A stretch of 64,000 nucleotides of DNA from Candidatus Latescibacterota bacterium (lineage in GTDB: Bacteria; Latescibacterota; UBA2968). The notes under the pieces are model-generated. The model did no database searches. It worked only from the letters and a program-made list of their open reading frames with translations, and was not told the origin of the DNA. The position numbers and the translations under genes were made by a program. The DNA lies in assembly GCA_965204745.1 (NCBI GenBank), contig OZ242010.1, forward strand, positions 3,904,001 to 3,968,000. Reading direction: 5' to 3'. This document shows, in pieces, positions 1-9,410 of the stretch. How positions within the stretch are numbered: position 1 is the stretch's first letter; each line of letters begins with the position of its first letter.

Positions 1-48
1 GTGTCTGAGAAAGATACAAGTGACGCGACTCAACGCGAGGAGGTTGCA

Positions 49-399
49 ATGGCATTAGACACGTACAAAGCCGTAAAGAAACTCCGAGAAGTCGGGTTCG
101 ACGAAGCCCAAGCCGAAATGGTGATTAGAATGATCGGCGAGGCATTCGACGATTCCGTAGCGACAAAGGCCGACATAGCGGCTGTTCGCACGGAGTTGGT
201 GGCACAGGGCGCAGAGTTGCGTGCCGAGATTCAAGAAGTTCGCACCGAGATTCGAGAAGTTCGCGCCGAGTTGCACGTCGAGGCCAAGGCGATTCGGGCT
301 GAAATCCGCGATCTTGAACAGCGCATGACGATCAAGTTGGGTGGCCTTCTCGTGCTCGCCTTGACTTTGCTCACCGCCATTAACAAATGGCTTGGTTGA
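49..399 (+). CDS. DUF1640/CCDC90-like small coiled-coil protein with C-terminal TM helix
   Basis: MALDTYKAVKKLREVGFDEAQAE...VATKADI, heptad repeats (EIQEVRT EIREVRA), LEQRMTIKLGGLL tail; GGAGG at 39-43 before ATG 49. Confidence 0.8.
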   Translation: MALDTYKAVKKLREVGFDEAQAEMVIRMIGEAFDDSVATKADIAAVRTELVAQGAELRAEIQEVRTEIREVRAELHVEAKAIRAEIRDLEQRMTIKLGGLLVLALTLLTAINKWLG

Positions 400-422
400 C
401 GATCCGCGAGATCATTGTTGCG

Positions 423-459
423 AAAGGGCTTGTGTCTGAGAAAGATACAAGCCCTTTTT
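423..459. terminator. Intrinsic (probably bidirectional) terminator
   Basis: AAAGGGCTTGTGTCT-gagaa-AGATACAAGCCCTTT-TT between convergent genes. Confidence 0.8.
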
Positions 460-470
460 GGTGGGAGGTG

Positions 471-1208
471 TCACTGTTGTGATTTCCATTTGTGGTACAG
501 GGCGAATGTCTCTTCGTCCGGCGGGTAGTATTTGCCGGGGGAGAGATTTTCGCTGTCCAAGCGTCTGCGGATCCATTCTTCGAGATCGTCGTATTCAATG
601 GCTTTGCGCGCGATTTGCGCGGCGACTTTGCGCGGAATGACCACCACGCCATCGTCGTCGGCCACGATGTAGTCGCCCGGCCTGACGAGCACGCCATCGA
701 CTTGCACCCAGTCATTGGTCGCATAAGGCGTTCCAACGCGAGTGCCGAGGTTGGAGGTTTTGCCATATCCCCACAGCATCAAGCCATAGTCTTTGACCGT
801 GTGCATGTCGCGGATGCCGCCATCGCAGATCAGGCCATCCACGCGCCGCTGTTTTAAGCGCAAAAATTTAATGTCGCCGCCGATAGACATCAATTTGGTC
901 CGCATGGATTCCATCACGATCACATCGCCCGGCCCGGCGAGTTCAAATGCCGCGTATTCGGGCGATGCTTCGCCATCCGGCTTTTCCTCGTCCGCGTCTG
1001 GGCGCGAGGGCACAAAGCGCACGGTGATCGCACGGGCGACCAATCGCTTGCCGGGGGTCATGGTTTGCAGATTGGGCATGTAAGTTAAACGCGCGTCGTA
1101 CCCATTGCGAGCGAGCACATCGACCACAGCCGTTGTGTTCACGCGCTTGAGGGCGTCGCGCGTTTCGCCATCCAAGACGTGATCTGGGGTGGGTTGTAGG
1201 ATTGCCAT
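471..1208 (-). CDS. RraA-like / HMG-CHA aldolase family protein
   Basis: RAITVRFVPSRPD, DGGIRD, VRPGDYIVADDDGVVVIP motifs; start at ATG 1208 with GGAG RBS. Confidence 0.8.
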   Translation of the reverse strand: MAILQPTPDHVLDGETRDALKRVNTTAVVDVLARNGYDARLTYMPNLQTMTPGKRLVARAITVRFVPSRPDADEEKPDGEASPEYAAFELAGPGDVIVMESMRTKLMSIGGDIKFLRLKQRRVDGLICDGGIRDMHTVKDYGLMLWGYGKTSNLGTRVGTPYATNDWVQVDGVLVRPGDYIVADDDGVVVIPRKVAAQIARKAIEYDDLEEWIRRRLDSENLSPGKYYPPDEETFALYHKWKSQQ

Positions 1209-1219
1209 GGTTTCTCCTT

Positions 1220-2203
1220 CTATTTTTTGGACTCGTTTTCCACGGCTTGGATCAGCGCGATGATGTAGCCGAATTGAAATGCCCACGCCTGGGTCACGCG
1301 GTTCGAGACGCCTTCGGGAGCCGCGTCGTCCGGGTGGCGAGGGGCGTGGTCGGGCATCAGCATGTACGGATAGCCTGCGCGGTGCAAAATTTTTGCGAGT
1401 TGGTACATGTTGACATCGCCTTCGTCCGGCCACGTCTCGCAAAAGTCGTGCAGGCCGCCGCGGATGTTTCTGAAATGCACGTTAAAAATTTTCTTCTTTT
1501 CCGCGAAATATTGAACGATAGGCGGGAGTTCTTCGGCGGGATTTTCCAAGCCTTCGGCGGCCACGCCGCAACAGAAGTTGAACCCGTGATAGGGGCTATC
1601 GACCAATTCGCTGAACCGCTTTAAGCCCTCAAAGACCGGATAATTCCACTTTTCGATGCCGTTGAGCACGGGCGCGGGTGGGTCGTTGAGGTGGCACGCC
1701 AGTTGAATTTTGTACGCCTCGGCGACGGGTATCACGCGATTGAGAAAGTACGCGGCGCGTTCAAATGCCTCTTCTCGGCTCACGCGCCCGACTTCGGTAA
1801 GCGCGTCATTGTCGTATTCGGCGAGGGAGAAGGCGCTGTACGTCGTGCCGCCGCGGCCCGAGGTGCGCCCGGTGCGCTGTACGAGCCCGCCCGAAGGAGC
1901 GCGCAAGACGCAAAAGTTGTAATTCAAGCCGCGCAACCCGGCTTTGCTCGCGTTTTCGATGTACTCGCAGAAGCGGTCGATGTCGCGGTCGCGCTGCGGG
2001 TCTTTTGCCATGGGGATGCTGTCGATTGGCGGGACGTGAACCATTTCGAGTTCGATCCCATAAGCAGCGGCTTCCTCTCGGTGCCGGGTCAGGGTTTCCG
2101 CGTCCAGGCCATCAACTGTGGCGTCAAAATGGGCGACGCCGTGCCGGGCGAGAAATTCCATTTCGAGTTTCGAGGTGCCGATATACTGCGTGCCTACGTA
2201 CAT
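1220..2203 (-). CDS. Mannonate dehydratase (UxuA)-like protein
   Basis: YNF, LACHLNDPP, NFCCG, VHFRNIRG, MPDHAP motifs. Confidence 0.75.
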   Translation of the reverse strand: MYVGTQYIGTSKLEMEFLARHGVAHFDATVDGLDAETLTRHREEAAAYGIELEMVHVPPIDSIPMAKDPQRDRDIDRFCEYIENASKAGLRGLNYNFCVLRAPSGGLVQRTGRTSGRGGTTYSAFSLAEYDNDALTEVGRVSREEAFERAAYFLNRVIPVAEAYKIQLACHLNDPPAPVLNGIEKWNYPVFEGLKRFSELVDSPYHGFNFCCGVAAEGLENPAEELPPIVQYFAEKKKIFNVHFRNIRGGLHDFCETWPDEGDVNMYQLAKILHRAGYPYMLMPDHAPRHPDDAAPEGVSNRVTQAWAFQFGYIIALIQAVENESKK

Positions 2204-2273
2204 GGGTTGTTCCTTTCGAGAAAAGGGCTTTGGCTATGCCCGTACTTGCGCGTGCGCCAGAGTGACGACAGGT

Positions 2274-2312
2274 GGTAGGGCGGAGGCGGGGACTGACAAC
2301 TGACTACTGACT
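2274..2312 (+). repeat. Linker plus A-type heptamer array (ACTGACA ACTGACT ACTGACT)
   Basis: GGTAGGGCGGAGGCGGGG followed by 3 heptamers; same linker at 37297-37315 on the minus strand. Confidence 0.85.
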
Positions 2313-2323
2313 CCCATCCGTGG

Positions 2324-3460
2324 TCATCTGCGGTCGCCTTTTATTTGAGATAGGGCCTCGTCGAGGTTTTGGACTGTGCGGGCGATGTTTTGGAGTTTGT
2401 CCAAGCCGAACAGGCCCAGGCGGAAGGTCTGAAAATCTTCTGGCTCGTCGCATTGCAGGGGAACGCCCGCGGCGATTTGCAGGCCCAAGTCCAGAAATTT
2501 TTTGCCGGTGTGGATGTCCGGGTCGTCCGTGTAGCTCACGATGACGCCCGGCGCTTGGAAGCCCGGCGCGGCCACGCTTTTGATGCCCTTGCGGGTCAAC
2601 AGGGCGCGAACTTCGTCCCCGAGTCTTTGTTGGCGCTGGCGGGCGTTATCAAAGCCGAGGGCTTCGGTTTCGCGCATGGCATCTCGAAAAATTGCGAGGG
2701 CGTCCGTGGGCATGGTCGCGTGGTACGCATGGCCGCCTGCTTCGTAGGCTTCCATGATTTGCAACCATTTGTGCAAGTCGCAAGCAAAGCTGGTGCTGGT
2801 GGTGGATTCGATGCGTTCGAGCGCGGTGGCGCCGAGCATGACCAAGGCGCAACACGCGGCACTGCTCCAGCCTTTTTGCGGCGCGCTGATCAGGACGTCG
2901 ACCCCGCAGGCTTCCATATCTACCCACATTGCGCCGGAGGCAATGCAGTCCAAGACGAGCATGCCGCCGACAGCGTGGATGGCGTCTGCCACAGCGCAGA
3001 GGTAGTCGTCGGGCAGGATGATGCCAGAGGCGGTTTCGACGTGTGGCGCGAAGACGAGGGAGGGTTGTTCCGCTTTGATGGTTTGCACGACTTCAGCGAG
3101 GGGCGCAGGTGCAAACGGAGCGTGTTTCTCATCGCCCAGCCGCCGCGCTTTGAGGACGAAAGATCGCGAGGGAATGTCGCCCATGTCGAAAATTTGCGTC
3201 CAGCGGTAGCTGAACCACCCGTTGCGAATGACCAGGCATTTCTCGTCGGTCGCAAATTGCCGCGCCACGCCTTCCATGCCAAACGTGCCACTGCCGGGAA
3301 CGACGACTACGGCGCGGGCGCGATACACGTTTTTGAGGGTGGCGGAAATGTCGCGCATCACGCCTTGGAAGGATTGCGACATGTGGTTGAGCGCGCGGTC
3401 CGTATAGACGACGGAGTATTCCAAGCGTTTATCGGGATCATTGGGATATGAGGTTGCCAT
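2324..3460 (-). CDS. Class V PLP aminotransferase (alanine-glyoxylate/serine-pyruvate type)
   Basis: GSGTFGME, HVETASG, LDCIAS, SAPQKGW (PLP Lys). Confidence 0.85.
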   Translation of the reverse strand: MATSYPNDPDKRLEYSVVYTDRALNHMSQSFQGVMRDISATLKNVYRARAVVVVPGSGTFGMEGVARQFATDEKCLVIRNGWFSYRWTQIFDMGDIPSRSFVLKARRLGDEKHAPFAPAPLAEVVQTIKAEQPSLVFAPHVETASGIILPDDYLCAVADAIHAVGGMLVLDCIASGAMWVDMEACGVDVLISAPQKGWSSAACCALVMLGATALERIESTTSTSFACDLHKWLQIMEAYEAGGHAYHATMPTDALAIFRDAMRETEALGFDNARQRQQRLGDEVRALLTRKGIKSVAAPGFQAPGVIVSYTDDPDIHTGKKFLDLGLQIAAGVPLQCDEPEDFQTFRLGLFGLDKLQNIARTVQNLDEALSQIKGDRR

Positions 3461-3535
3461 GGTTGCCTCCGAGTGATGGGTGCGATCTCCCCCGATTCGG
3501 GAAGGGGAGATGTTCTTTTGGATAGGTTTGGGCGT

Positions 3536-4186
3536 TCATCCTTTGGAAATCAAAATGACATCCGCGCCGATGAACTCGATTTTTGAGTGCCAGAGATGGC
3601 CCAGCCATTCAAAGGTGGCTTTGGAAAAGAAGCAGATGTGCGTGGGATCTCGTTTGTAATGCCAAGTTTCAAATGCGGGTTTGTCGGTTGCGAGTTTGGT
3701 CATGATGCCCAGGACGCCGCCCGGTTTGACGAGGTGGTAAAGCCGTTGCAACTCAAACTGGGGATCGCGCAAATGTTCGCAGACTTCGGTCGCGGTGATA
3801 AAATCGTACGCGCGTTGAAAGACCGCGGGATCGCGCGCATAAAATTTGTCGTAGATGTCTGTCGCATAGCCGCGTTCTCGAAACATAACGGACAAGGTGG
3901 GGCCGGGGCCACATCCAAAATCCAACCCGCACGCGCCCGCGGGAAGACGCGCTTTGAGCGGGTTGTAAAGCCGGGACAAGAACGCCCGGTAGCGCGGGTC
4001 CGCGGGGTCATTGTCGTGGAGGTCGTACCGCTGTTTTTCGAGGCCATCCGACAGGTGGAAGATCGCGGGTACGAAGATCAGCGCGCACGTCGTGCAACGC
4101 AGGTAATCTCGGTATCGATCACAAAAATAGGGCATGGTTTGTTCGCCCTTGCAGAGCGGGCAAATGTTGGACAGCGCGGCGTGCAT
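3536..4186 (-). CDS. Class I SAM-dependent methyltransferase with N-terminal Zn ribbon
   Basis: CPLC...CTTC, LDFGCGPG, WHYKRDPTHICFF; start uncertain (4186 or 4216). Confidence 0.8.
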   Translation of the reverse strand: MHAALSNICPLCKGEQTMPYFCDRYRDYLRCTTCALIFVPAIFHLSDGLEKQRYDLHDNDPADPRYRAFLSRLYNPLKARLPAGACGLDFGCGPGPTLSVMFRERGYATDIYDKFYARDPAVFQRAYDFITATEVCEHLRDPQFELQRLYHLVKPGGVLGIMTKLATDKPAFETWHYKRDPTHICFFSKATFEWLGHLWHSKIEFIGADVILISKG

Positions 4187-4330
4187 CGAAGTTTTCCCGT
4201 TGGCGCGAAATCTCATTGTTTTTTGTGTGCAAACAGAATATCATGGGGCGATGATTGTCGGCGGCACGGTCCCGCAGGCGTAAAGGTAACAATTTATTCC
4301 TTTTTCACAACCCCCAAAACGGAGGCATCC

Positions 4331-5959
4331 ATGACCGGTTACGACGCAATGGCAAAAGTGCTCAAAGCAGAAGGCGTGGATTTTTTGATCGCATTTCCCC
4401 ACCAAACCCTCATCGAAGTCGCGGCAAAGGCGGGGATTACCCCCATTATTTGTCGGCAGGAGCGCACGGGTGTGAATGTTGCAGATGGCTTCAGCCGGGT
4501 TTCCAATGGACGAAAATTTGGCGTTTTCACCATGCAACAAGGCCCGGGCGCGGAAAATGCCTTTGGCGGCGTGGCGCAGGCATACGCGGATTCGGTGCCG
4601 GTGTTGCACTTGCCCGGCGGGGAACCGCTCTCGCGGCAGGGCATTCACCCCACATTTGAATCCGTGCGAAATTACCGTCACATCACCAAGTGGGCCGCGC
4701 AAATCTACGCGCCGGAAGACATTCCCGCGATGATGCGGCGCGCGGTCGTGCAGATGAAGAGCGGGCGGTTGGGGCCCGTCTTGCTGGAGATGCCCAAAGA
4801 GGCGATGGCCGTTGACTATCCCGCGGAGGAGGTCGCGTACACACCGGTTCGGATTCGGCGTTCTGTGGCTGCAACTGAAGATGTGCGCGATCTAACGACA
4901 CACCTCCTCAAAGCCTCGCGCCCGGTGATTACCGCGGGGCAAGGCGCGTTGTACGCAGAGGCGAGTGAAGAGTTGATCGCATTGGCCGAATTGACCGACA
5001 TTCCCGTGATGACGACGCTCGCGGGCAAGAGCGCGTTTCCAGAAACCCATCCCCTCGCGCTGGGCACGGGCGGGTTGACGCGCACTTTGATGGTCGAGCG
5101 GTTTCTCGCAGAGGCGGATTTTGTGCTGGGCATTGGCACGAGTTTTACGCGCAACACTTTTACCACGCCGATGCCGGACGGGGTTCTCTTGGGGCAGGTG
5201 ACGAATTGCGCCGAGGATATGGGCAAGGATTACGACGTTGTCGCAGGCGCGTTGGGCGATGCAAAATTGGTTTTGCAGCAACTGATCGACGAGGCCAAGC
5301 AGCAGATCGGCGAGGGCGGACGCGATACGGGTGCGGCGGCGCAGATCGCTGGTGTGCGCGCCGAATTTGCCGCGCAGTGGGAGGCGCGCTTTGCGTCTGA
5401 CGAAGTGCCCATCAACCCCTATCGGGTCATTCGGGAATTGGAAAACGCGGTGGATGTCGGCAATACGATCATCACGCACGATTCGGGCTATCCGCGCGAT
5501 CAACTGGTGCCGATGTGGAAACCCACTGCGCCGCGCGGGTACTTGGGCTGGGGCAAATCGACGCAACTCGGCTATGGCTTGGGCTTGGCCCTGGGCGCGA
5601 AATTGGCCGCGCCGGAAAAGCAGGTGATCAATTTGATGGGCGACGCGGCATTTGGCATGGCCGGGCTGGATTTGGAGACGGCGGTGCGCGCAGAGATTCC
5701 CATTTTGACCGTTGTGCTCAACAATGGGGTGATGACCAAATACGATTCGCACATGCCTTATGCCTCAGACCGATTTGGCAGCAATGAGTTGGGCGGCAAC
5801 TACACCCAAGTCGCCGCAGGACTGGGCGCGTACGCCGAGCGCGTGGATACCCCCGCCGAGCTCGCGACCGCCATTCAACGCGCCCTCGCCGCAAATCGCA
5901 ACGGCAAACCCGCGCTCCTCGAAGTTCTGACCAAGGCCGAGGAAAACGTTCCGCGGTAA
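4331..5959 (+). CDS. Thiamine pyrophosphate-dependent enzyme (acetolactate synthase-like)
   Basis: RQERTGVNVADG, GPGAEN, GDAAFGM...NNG TPP motif; GGAGG at 4321 before ATG 4331. Confidence 0.85.
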   Translation: MTGYDAMAKVLKAEGVDFLIAFPHQTLIEVAAKAGITPIICRQERTGVNVADGFSRVSNGRKFGVFTMQQGPGAENAFGGVAQAYADSVPVLHLPGGEPLSRQGIHPTFESVRNYRHITKWAAQIYAPEDIPAMMRRAVVQMKSGRLGPVLLEMPKEAMAVDYPAEEVAYTPVRIRRSVAATEDVRDLTTHLLKASRPVITAGQGALYAEASEELIALAELTDIPVMTTLAGKSAFPETHPLALGTGGLTRTLMVERFLAEADFVLGIGTSFTRNTFTTPMPDGVLLGQVTNCAEDMGKDYDVVAGALGDAKLVLQQLIDEAKQQIGEGGRDTGAAAQIAGVRAEFAAQWEARFASDEVPINPYRVIRELENAVDVGNTIITHDSGYPRDQLVPMWKPTAPRGYLGWGKSTQLGYGLGLALGAKLAAPEKQVINLMGDAAFGMAGLDLETAVRAEIPILTVVLNNGVMTKYDSHMPYASDRFGSNELGGNYTQVAAGLGAYAERVDTPAELATAIQRALAANRNGKPALLEVLTKAEENVPR

Positions 5960-5987
5960 AGCGACCCGCTTTCAGCCCCTACCGCTG

Positions 5988-6130
5988 ATCGTAGAAGAAG
6001 TCCGCCGCTATCGCTAGGTGTATGCCGAGCGATTGCGCTATGACATCAAAGCGATTTGCCGCGCCGCCCGCGAGCTCAAAAAGAAAAGCGGTCACGAGAT
6101 CGTTTCATTGCCACCGCGACCTGTCGCAAC
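5988..6130 (+). pseudogene. Decayed small protein resembling putative antitoxin-like ORFs found beside PIN toxins
   Basis: Frame reads IVEEVRRYR*VYAERLRYDIKAICRAARELKKKSGHEIVSLPPRPV; no start codon, in-frame TAG at 6015-6017; family resemblance recognised by eye. Confidence 0.55.
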
Positions 6131-6152
6131 AGCTATGGTACGAAATGATGGC

Positions 6153-6576
6153 GGGGTTGGGCGAGGCGGACTGACTACTGACTACTGACTACTTGGGGGT
6201 TGGGCGAGGCTGTCTCACCTCTCCCGTCTCACCTCTCCCGTCTCACCTCTTACCGAAAGGGGTTGGGCAGGGTAGGGACTGACCACTGACCACTGGCTAC
6301 TGACAACTTGGGGGTTGGGCGGGGTAGTCTCACCTCTCACCTCTCCCGTCTCACCTCTCCCGTCTCACCTCTTACCGAAGGGAGTTGGGCGGGGTAGGGA
6401 CTGACCACTGACCACTGACTACTTGGGGGTTGGGCGGGGTAGTCTCACCTCTCACCTCTCCCGTCTCACCTCTTACCGAAGGGGGTTGGGCAGGGTAGGG
6501 ACTGACTACTGACAACTGACTACTGACTACTTGGTGGTTGGGCGAGGCAGGGTAGGGACTGACCACTGACCACTGG
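6153..6576 (+). repeat. Higher-order array alternating A-type (ACTGACH)n and B-type (TCTCACC/TCTCCCG)n blocks separated by GGTTGGGCRRGG linkers
   Basis: Read directly: 5 A blocks, 3 B blocks each ending TCTTACCGAA, 8 linkers. Confidence 0.95.
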
Positions 6577-6583
6577 ACGCGAT

Positions 6584-6922
6584 ATGTTTGAAACCGATAT
6601 CCTCGACAGAGTGCTGAAAACGCGGCGCGAACAGAGAAATCGAGAGCGGATCGCGCTGATTGGACGGGTGGCTGTTGCGTTGCGCGTTTGTCGAGACAGG
6701 TATGGCCTGCGCGAGGCATGGGTCGTTGGGTCGTTGCTTTTTGCAGATCGATGGGATGAGATGTCCGATGTCGATGTGGCGATTGGCGGGGTTTCAGATC
6801 GCGTTTTAGACGTGATGCAGGTCGTGGAAGACGCTGTTGCGCGAGATGTCGATGTGATCGATCTGGATTCGCACATGTCGGCAGACCGCTTTCGGCGGCG
6901 AGGAATGAAAATCTATGGATGA
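6584..6922 (+). CDS. Minimal nucleotidyltransferase (MNT) antitoxin
   Basis: VVGSLL...SDVDVAI (GS-x10-DxD), DVDVIDL; 112 aa. Confidence 0.85.
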   Translation: MFETDILDRVLKTRREQRNRERIALIGRVAVALRVCRDRYGLREAWVVGSLLFADRWDEMSDVDVAIGGVSDRVLDVMQVVEDAVARDVDVIDLDSHMSADRFRRRGMKIYG

Positions 6923-7376
6923 AGCCCGATACGCCCTTTTGAAGGCCGAAGTGGATGATCTCTGTCAGCAGGTCGATCAGGTGTATGCGCGCATTGAGGC
7001 GCGGCGTTCCCAGTTTGTCGATCAGGCGGAAAGCCTCGACAGCATGGGCTACCAACTCCACAACCTCTATTGCGCCTTTGAGCAAGTGTTTGAAGCGATT
7101 GCCCAATTTTTTGAGAATCACATTGAGAGTGGGCGTTATCACACGAATTTGTTGCGCCGCATGCGCCTGACGATTGAGGGCATTCGCCCGGCATGGATAT
7201 CCGAGGAGGCATTCCCCCTTTTGGATGAATTGCGCCGGTTTCGACATTTTTTTCGACATGCGTACGTTTCGGAATTACAATTTGAAAAACTCGCGCATCT
7301 CGTGGAAGTTGCCGTGCAGTTGCGGGACGTTTTCCAACGTGACCGCGAACAATTTTTTGCAAAATTGAAGCCATGA
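6915..7376 (+). CDS. HEPN-domain RNase toxin (HepT-like)
   Basis: LHNLYCAFE, YHTNLL, RFRHFFRHAY (Rx4H); overlaps the MNT gene. Confidence 0.85.
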   Translation: MDEARYALLKAEVDDLCQQVDQVYARIEARRSQFVDQAESLDSMGYQLHNLYCAFEQVFEAIAQFFENHIESGRYHTNLLRRMRLTIEGIRPAWISEEAFPLLDELRRFRHFFRHAYVSELQFEKLAHLVEVAVQLRDVFQRDREQFFAKLKP

Positions 7377-7431
7377 ATCATGGCGAACTCCAAGTTGAGA
7401 ATGAGTTGGCCTTAAGATATGCCGAAAAAGA

Positions 7432-8112
7432 TCACGTCAAGGCGGCCAAGCAAGCGTGCGTGTGTGGGAGGGGGTCTATGCCTGTGGCGAGTTGGGTGGC
7501 GCGTGCGTGCGCGAGGAGGAGGTCGAGGTCGTCGGGCGTATCCACGTCGAACCACGGGGGAAGTAGGCCGAGGGTCTTGCCTGCGTGCTTAATTCGGTCA
7601 ATGGTTTGCGACAAGACTTTGGGCGTGCTCCATTCGACGTGGTCGAAAATTTCCGGCGCGGGTTGCGAGACCCCGACGAGGTAGTAGCCGCCATCTGTGC
7701 TGGGGCCTAAGACGACATCGTTGCCCTGCAACAGGTCGAATGCGTGGGCAATGTGGTGGGCGGGAAGAGAGGGGATATCCGTGCCGATGAGAACGGCGGC
7801 TGTTGCCCCGGCGTGAAGTTGTTGCATCAGCGCGTTGTGCATGCGGGTGCCGAGGTCCGCCCGCGCTTGGGGGGTGTACTGCCAAGTGGCACGCCGCTCG
7901 TCACCGCAAAGGATTCGGATATCAATTTCCGAATCGGGCGGGTCAAAGGCGATGACCCGATGATCGATGTCAACGCTTTCCGCCCGTTCCAACACGTCAT
8001 GCACAAACGCAGCGTAGAGCACCGCGACCTGCTCGGGTGCATAGCGCGTTTGCAAGCGCGTTTTAACGGTGCCGGGGATTGGATTTTTGACAAAGACGAT
8101 GAGGGATTTCAT
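7432..8112 (-). CDS. DUF2064 / TIGR04282-type nucleotidyl- or glycosyltransferase-fold protein
   Basis: FVKNPIPGTVKTRL, DLGTRM, IGTDIP, LGPSTDGGYYLVG, DVDTPDDL. Confidence 0.85.
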   Translation of the reverse strand: MKSLIVFVKNPIPGTVKTRLQTRYAPEQVAVLYAAFVHDVLERAESVDIDHRVIAFDPPDSEIDIRILCGDERRATWQYTPQARADLGTRMHNALMQQLHAGATAAVLIGTDIPSLPAHHIAHAFDLLQGNDVVLGPSTDGGYYLVGVSQPAPEIFDHVEWSTPKVLSQTIDRIKHAGKTLGLLPPWFDVDTPDDLDLLLAHARATQLATGIDPLPHTHACLAALT

Positions 8113-8336
8113 GGGAGGCGAGCGGTGATACCAATTTAAGTTTCAAAATTTTTTTATAGAGCAGACAACTCGGGGCGAGAAAGGAGAAATTCTAACGTGT
8201 CATATTATCGCACTGCACGGGATTTAATCGCAAAGTTGATCAAAAATTACGAGGAAAATGCGATTCATGCCGCATTGCTTCAACACCAAATGCCGAACCC
8301 AACTGGCGAAAAAGTCCAAAGGTTATGCGAAAAAAA

Positions 8337-9359
8337 TTAACGCAACAATTCCTCTGCATACGCAAACAGCGCGGGCGTGCCGCCGGTGTGGACGAGCACC
8401 ACGGTTTCATCCTTGCCGATCTCGCCTCGGTTGACCATATCGATCAAACCCGCGAGTGCCTTTGCCGTGTAAATCGGCTCTAACAAAATCCCCTCGTGCC
8501 GCGCCATCAGCCGCAACGCCGCATTCCCCTCGGGCGTGCAATACCCGTATCCATCCTCTCCGACATACCGATCCGTATTTTCGATCATCGCGTCGTCAAA
8601 CGCGACATCCAGATCCAAAACCTCTGCCATGCGCTGCAACACGCCCAAGAACGCGGCTTTGATATCGTAGGACCACACAATGGGCCGGATGCCCACGATG
8701 CGTACATCCAACCCCAAGGCGGCTTTGCCAAAGATGAGGCCCGGCTGGGTGCAACTGCCCGAACACAGGACGACGGTTGTGGGCGTCTCGCCTATCGCGT
8801 CGAACTGATCCATCATCTCGGCCATGCACAGCGCGTACCCCATCGCGCCAAACGGCCGGTTGGCCGCCTGCATCACCACAAAGGGCTTTCGGCCTTCGCG
8901 CTCAAATTTTGCGAATAGGGCGCGTTTGGCATCGTCCAACAACTCCTGCGTTTCAACAGCCACCAGTTCAACATCCGCGCCCAACAAATCGTCCAACAGC
9001 AAATTGCCCTGCGCGCTGTCGCTTTTGTGATCCTTCACCAAGACCAGCGCGCAACCCATCCCCAGCTTTGCCGATGCTGCCGCCAACTGCCGGCTGTGAT
9101 TGGACTGCGACCCCGCCCCGCCGATCAACACATCCGCACCTTGTGCCAAGCCCTGCGCGATAGTGAACTCCAACTGCCGCGTCTTGTTGCCCCCAAACGC
9201 CAGCCCGGTGCAATCATCGCGCTTGACGTAAATTTTCGGCCCGCCAATCGCCTCTGTCAACCGCCCACAAAAATCCATCGGCGTGGGCAAATGCCCGAGC
9301 AACACGCGCGGCACCTCGCCGATGCGCGTCCTCAATTCGTCTCGAGAAATCACAGGCAT
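8337..9359 (-). CDS. D-cysteine desulfhydrase / ACC deaminase family PLP enzyme
   Basis: KRDDCTGLAFGGNKTR, QSNH, LEPIYTAKA, HTGG. Confidence 0.85.
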   Translation of the reverse strand: MPVISRDELRTRIGEVPRVLLGHLPTPMDFCGRLTEAIGGPKIYVKRDDCTGLAFGGNKTRQLEFTIAQGLAQGADVLIGGAGSQSNHSRQLAAASAKLGMGCALVLVKDHKSDSAQGNLLLDDLLGADVELVAVETQELLDDAKRALFAKFEREGRKPFVVMQAANRPFGAMGYALCMAEMMDQFDAIGETPTTVVLCSGSCTQPGLIFGKAALGLDVRIVGIRPIVWSYDIKAAFLGVLQRMAEVLDLDVAFDDAMIENTDRYVGEDGYGYCTPEGNAALRLMARHEGILLEPIYTAKALAGLIDMVNRGEIGKDETVVLVHTGGTPALFAYAEELLR

Positions 9360-9410
9360 AACAGAAACCTCCGAAAAGCAACCGCAGATGATTTGACGTA
9401 CTCCAACGGC

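Noticed and set aside
3587-4330. N-terminal extension of the TPP enzyme to 790 aa
   Set aside because: Overlaps the methyltransferase antisense; a clear RBS and ATG exist at 4331.
6153-6576. CRISPR or guide-RNA array
   Set aside because: The segments between linkers are themselves microsatellites, not unique spacers; no cas-like gene is present.
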